From positions 256,001-320,000 of the forward strand of contig JBBRSP010000002.1 of NCBI GenBank assembly GCA_038245295.1: 64,000 bases of DNA. The letters run 5' to 3'. Position numbers and translations under genes: made by a program. Shown piece by piece: positions 60,776 to 64,000 of this stretch. This DNA comes from Candidatus Binatia bacterium. Lineage in GTDB: Bacteria > Desulfobacterota > Binatia > HRBIN30. Positions within the stretch are counted from its first letter, which is position 1; every line of letters starts with the position of its first letter. The notes under the pieces are model-generated. The model saw nothing but the letters and a program-made list of their open reading frames with translations. It did no database searches and was not told where the DNA came from.

Positions 60776-60879
60776 GCACGTATCGGTGTTGCTGCTCATC
60801 AGCCGGGAAGAACAACACCCCGCGCCGAATGTTGCAAGCAGATGGCGACGATTCGCCAAGCATGGCATGAGAGTGCCCC

Positions 60880-62010
60880 ATGGTGTCACCTAGCCTGCGC
60901 ATCGGCTTCGACTTTTTCGGCGCCGGCAATGTCGGCGACGACCTGATGCTCGCCGGATTTCTCGACCTCGTCCCGGTGGGCGTCGTCATCCGCGGCGATC
61001 TGCCAGCCGATTCCATTCCACCCATGCGGGTACGTTTCCCGCGTGTCCAGTGGACCCCGCTACCTGCCGGAAAGCCAGATCCCGGTGAAGTGTGGATCGG
61101 CGCCGGCGGCACGCCATTCCAAGTCCTCAGCGGTAGGGGCGGCCTCACCCGTCTGCAGGCTGCCCTGCAAACCCACGGATTTGACTCCGCGCTGATGGTC
61201 GGTGTCGGTGCCGAGCGCGAAGCGCAGTCTGAGAAAGTACTCGGCAGAGCCATCGTGTCTCGCTTGGATTACATCTCAACCCGTGACCAGATGAGTGGCG
61301 ACCTGTTGGTCAACACTTTCGACGCCGCTCCAGCGACGATCAGCGTCGGCAGCGATTTGGCGAATGTGTTTCTGCAGCGCGCCAGCGAGTCGTCGTGGAA
61401 AAACACCACTCGTGCCGTGGCGGTCGGACTCAACTACTATGCCGAGCGCTTTGATCTGCGCACCCGTGCCGCGTTGGTGCGCTTCTTCCGCACGACGAGC
61501 CCGCGGCCGGCGGTCTTCCTCGCCAACGAGTTGCGCCCATTCAGGCATGCCGAGCTGGCGCTCTATCTCGGACATAGGCGGCTTTGGAATTTCTGGAATC
61601 GAGACGGCGTGGTACCCCTGGTGGCACCAAACTACATGGCTCCACAAGTCGACGATCTCGTTGCTCACCTGGCGCAGATCGGCACAGTGGTGGCGGCGCG
61701 TTATCATTGTTTACTGGCGGCGGCCTGGTACGGCTGCAAGGTCTGTGGAATTGCACGCTCGAGCAAGATCGAGCAGCTCTGCAAGGATCTCGACATCCCG
61801 TCGATCCGCATACCTGCGTCGGCTGCTGCGCTTGCCGCCGGCGTCGCTACAGCACGTGTGGTCGACCGCGAGCGGCTGCACAACCTGGCGACCCTGGCAC
61901 GGCGCGTCCACGGCGAAGTTGTCACACGTGCCCTGTCGATCCCTCCAGCCAACCTCGAGGCGCCACATTCCTACGGCGCCGGTGCGGGGGTTAAGACGGC
62001 GGGATCTTGA
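60880..62010 (+). CDS. Polysaccharide pyruvyl transferase family protein
   Basis: FGAGNVGDDLML, GGTPFQ, GVG, STRD..S, RYH..LAA, SSK. Confidence 0.85.
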   Translation: MVSPSLRIGFDFFGAGNVGDDLMLAGFLDLVPVGVVIRGDLPADSIPPMRVRFPRVQWTPLPAGKPDPGEVWIGAGGTPFQVLSGRGGLTRLQAALQTHGFDSALMVGVGAEREAQSEKVLGRAIVSRLDYISTRDQMSGDLLVNTFDAAPATISVGSDLANVFLQRASESSWKNTTRAVAVGLNYYAERFDLRTRAALVRFFRTTSPRPAVFLANELRPFRHAELALYLGHRRLWNFWNRDGVVPLVAPNYMAPQVDDLVAHLAQIGTVVAARYHCLLAAAWYGCKVCGIARSSKIEQLCKDLDIPSIRIPASAAALAAGVATARVVDRERLHNLATLARRVHGEVVTRALSIPPANLEAPHSYGAGAGVKTAGS

Positions 62011-63244
62011 GCTGGTCTGGACGGCGGGGCGCAGCACCAGCCGTCTCGGATAACAGGCGATCGGCGCGCTGGTAGACGGCCTCGGTACCGAGGTCGTCGA
62101 GGCACTTGCCCCAGGGCTTGTCCCAAGCCTCACAACGGACCTGCAGGCACGGCGAACACGGGTAACGAACGTAGAGACGCGCCTCGTGCGCTCCGGCGGG
62201 ACGGATGGCCTCGGGAGGCGTTGGGCCATAGAGCACCACCGACGGTGTACCCACGGCCACCGCGAGGTGGCACGGTCCGCTGTCGGCCCCGATGAAAAGA
62301 CGCGCCGCCTGAAGCAAGGCCGCCAACTCCACCAGGGAAGTGCGCCCGCACAAGTCGAAGTGGGTTACCGTCAGCAATCGCGACAACGCGGCACAGGTTT
62401 CCCGTTCGTCGTTCGATCCGATGACGCACACGACAAGATCATGCTCCCGCGCCAGGCGCTCCGCCACCATGGCGTAGTTGTGTGTCGGCCAACGCCTGAC
62501 CGTCGTTCGCCCGCCGGGGTGGACCAGTAGCAATTTCGTCTGCGGAGCGATTCCTACGGACATCAGGCAAGCCTCGGCGGCAGCGACAGCCGGCGCGCCA
62601 ACATGCAGCTCCAGGGTCGTCTCTGCGTCGCTGATGCCGAGGGGAGCCAACAGTCCCAGGTTCTTCGCCACTTCGTCGACGGCACTCGGAAAGGACAGGG
62701 CGTGGGTGAGTAGAACGTCGCCGCCGCTGCGCCGGTAGCTGAGGCGATAGGGCGCTCCAATCGTGCTGACCAAACAAACGATTTGGCGCAGGTCAGCACG
62801 CAGATCGATCACCAGATCGACACCAGAACGCCTCACGCGACGCACGACCCCCCACCAATGCAACGGAAACTGCAGCCAGTTGCGCAGTCGCGCGACCAGT
62901 CCGATGCCGTCGCGGACGTTGGCCCACCACGGAACGCTGAGCACCAGCACTTCGTCGAGGTGGGGGTTTACCTCGAGGAGCCCGCGCGACCATGGCCCGA
63001 CGATGGCCGTCAGCCGTGCCGCCGGGAAGCGCTGGCGCAGGGCGCGATACACCGGCGTCGAAAGCAAGACATCGCCGACGTGGTCGAGGCGCAGAACGAC
63101 GATGTGTCGCAGGTCGGCGGTTGCAAGGTCGGCCGGCTTTGTGGCACGCCGCCCGATTAACCAATAGAGAAGCCGCATCAGTCGATCGACGAGGCTGGCG
63201 AGGCGCCGCTTGTAAGGGGTCTGAACGAGCAACCGGATTTTCAA
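61991..63244 (-). CDS. GT9 glycosyltransferase (heptosyltransferase-like)
   Basis: RLDHVGDVLLSTP, HPG...RRWP, DSGPCHLAVAVGTP.V.LYGPT, CSPC; start uncertain. Confidence 0.9.
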   Translation of the reverse strand: MKIRLLVQTPYKRRLASLVDRLMRLLYWLIGRRATKPADLATADLRHIVVLRLDHVGDVLLSTPVYRALRQRFPAARLTAIVGPWSRGLLEVNPHLDEVLVLSVPWWANVRDGIGLVARLRNWLQFPLHWWGVVRRVRRSGVDLVIDLRADLRQIVCLVSTIGAPYRLSYRRSGGDVLLTHALSFPSAVDEVAKNLGLLAPLGISDAETTLELHVGAPAVAAAEACLMSVGIAPQTKLLLVHPGGRTTVRRWPTHNYAMVAERLAREHDLVVCVIGSNDERETCAALSRLLTVTHFDLCGRTSLVELAALLQAARLFIGADSGPCHLAVAVGTPSVVLYGPTPPEAIRPAGAHEARLYVRYPCSPCLQVRCEAWDKPWGKCLDDLGTEAVYQRADRLLSETAGAAPRRPDQLKIPPS

Positions 63245-63603
63245 GGTAACGGTCTCTGCCGGCCTAGGCTGGAATTGTATCCGCGCATACCCAGTTTGGT
63301 AAGAACCGGTTGGCCCAGACAAAGAGGAATGGCGTAGGGTTGATTGAACGGCGTTTTCTCGATCCAGAAACGGCGTCCGAGTTGCGGAGTGACGCTCCCG
63401 TGGGCCAGCAAGGGGGCGGCCTTCGCCGGGTCACGGCGGAAGCAAGGCAGGATCGCGTCGAAAAAGTGCGTCTCGCGCGGCAGCACCAGCAGGTCGGGAT
63501 GGGAGTCGAGGAGCGAGAGCATCAGCGGCGCCTCCGAGCGGGGAAATCCGGTGACGCATACGGGTGAACCGAGGATCTGGCGGCGAGCCGTGGAGGCGAG
63601 CAT
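63241..63603 (-). pseudogene. Eroded sulfotransferase gene
   Basis: PVCVTGFPRSEAPLM.SLLDSHP....ETHFF then WIEKTP.N; PAPS loop RSGTT is altered and the C-terminal half is missing. Confidence 0.65.
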
Positions 63604-63826
63604 CGTGGCGCTGCTCTACCAGCGCCGACCTGGACGTGCCAGCGCGCGTTGCTCACGGCTTCGAACGCTGGCCCTTGAGGCCCTGGTGGTGCTACCGGGG
63701 TTACGGTGGGCGCGGAACGGAGTCGGACTGGTCCTTCTCCGAATCGCACGGCGCCTCAGCCCGTGGTCGGTGGACCGCTGACAGGCGGCGTGATGGTATG
63801 CCGACTCCGGTCTTAGGGGGATGATA

Positions 63827-64000
63827 ATGGTTGAGGTTCCGCCCATCGATGGCACTTGCGACACACGTTTCGGCGCCGTGCGCGATGCACTAGCCGAGAA
63901 CTTCCGCGACCGTGGTGAGCTCGGCGGGGCGGTTGCGGTCTATCTCGATGAGAAATTGGTCGTCGATCTGTGGGGGGGATGGTGCGACCGCGAGCGTAGT
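63827..64000 (+). CDS. Partial serine hydrolase (beta-lactamase class C / EstA-like esterase), runs off the window
   Basis: MVEVPPIDGTCDTRFGAVRDALAENFRDRGELGGAVAVYLDEKLVVDLWGGW. Confidence 0.85.
   Translation, partial: MVEVPPIDGTCDTRFGAVRDALAENFRDRGELGGAVAVYLDEKLVVDLWGGWCDRERS

Noticed and set aside
63604..63820. Short ORFs between the sulfotransferase relic and the esterase
   Set aside because: No RBS or motif support; they may be further debris but cannot be assigned.

Overview
A GC-rich, gene-dense bacterial chromosomal window with about 60 genes. The gene repertoire is compatible with a deltaproteobacteria-like lineage such as Binatia, but this is an impression and was not tested. Positions 1-44.5 kb hold housekeeping and accessory genes: yajQ, lolA, glpX, two PD-(D/E)XK-like proteins, an orphan CheA-like kinase coupled to a pseudokinase-TPR-WD40 protein, an LpoB/COG3014 lipoprotein operon, a di-haem protein, divergent oxyR-katG with a clear OxyR box, several hydrolases, phoA, an ICMT/flippase/deacetylase group, bactofilin, oppDF, SSADH, an ArgA-like protein with type II PanK, a LexA-type peptidase lacking its DNA-binding domain, a Ni/Co permease and sahR-ahcY. 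Positions 44.8-63.6 kb are a surface-polysaccharide locus (wbaP, GT2/GT4/GT9, L-QuiNAc/L-FucNAc-type nucleotide-sugar genes, pyruvyltransferase, methyltransferase). Embedded in it is the most interesting element, a RiPP-like module: a PqqD/RRE domain fused to a lasso-leader-like tail, an HPr-kinase-like enzyme, one intact and one degenerate nucleotidyltransferase, a radical SAM enzyme, and eroded sulfotransferase and ABC-exporter genes. No lasso cyclase or peptidase is present in the window. Intergenic spacers carry at least seven families of short palindromic or tandem repeats, including a 160-bp MITE-like insert in a GAAA hairpin loop with a 4-bp target duplication. No rRNA, tRNA, CRISPR array or transposase was recognised. 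All family assignments come from reading motifs by eye, not from database searches. Many start codons were moved downstream of the ORF-track start, based on RBS, gene overlap or family N-terminus.
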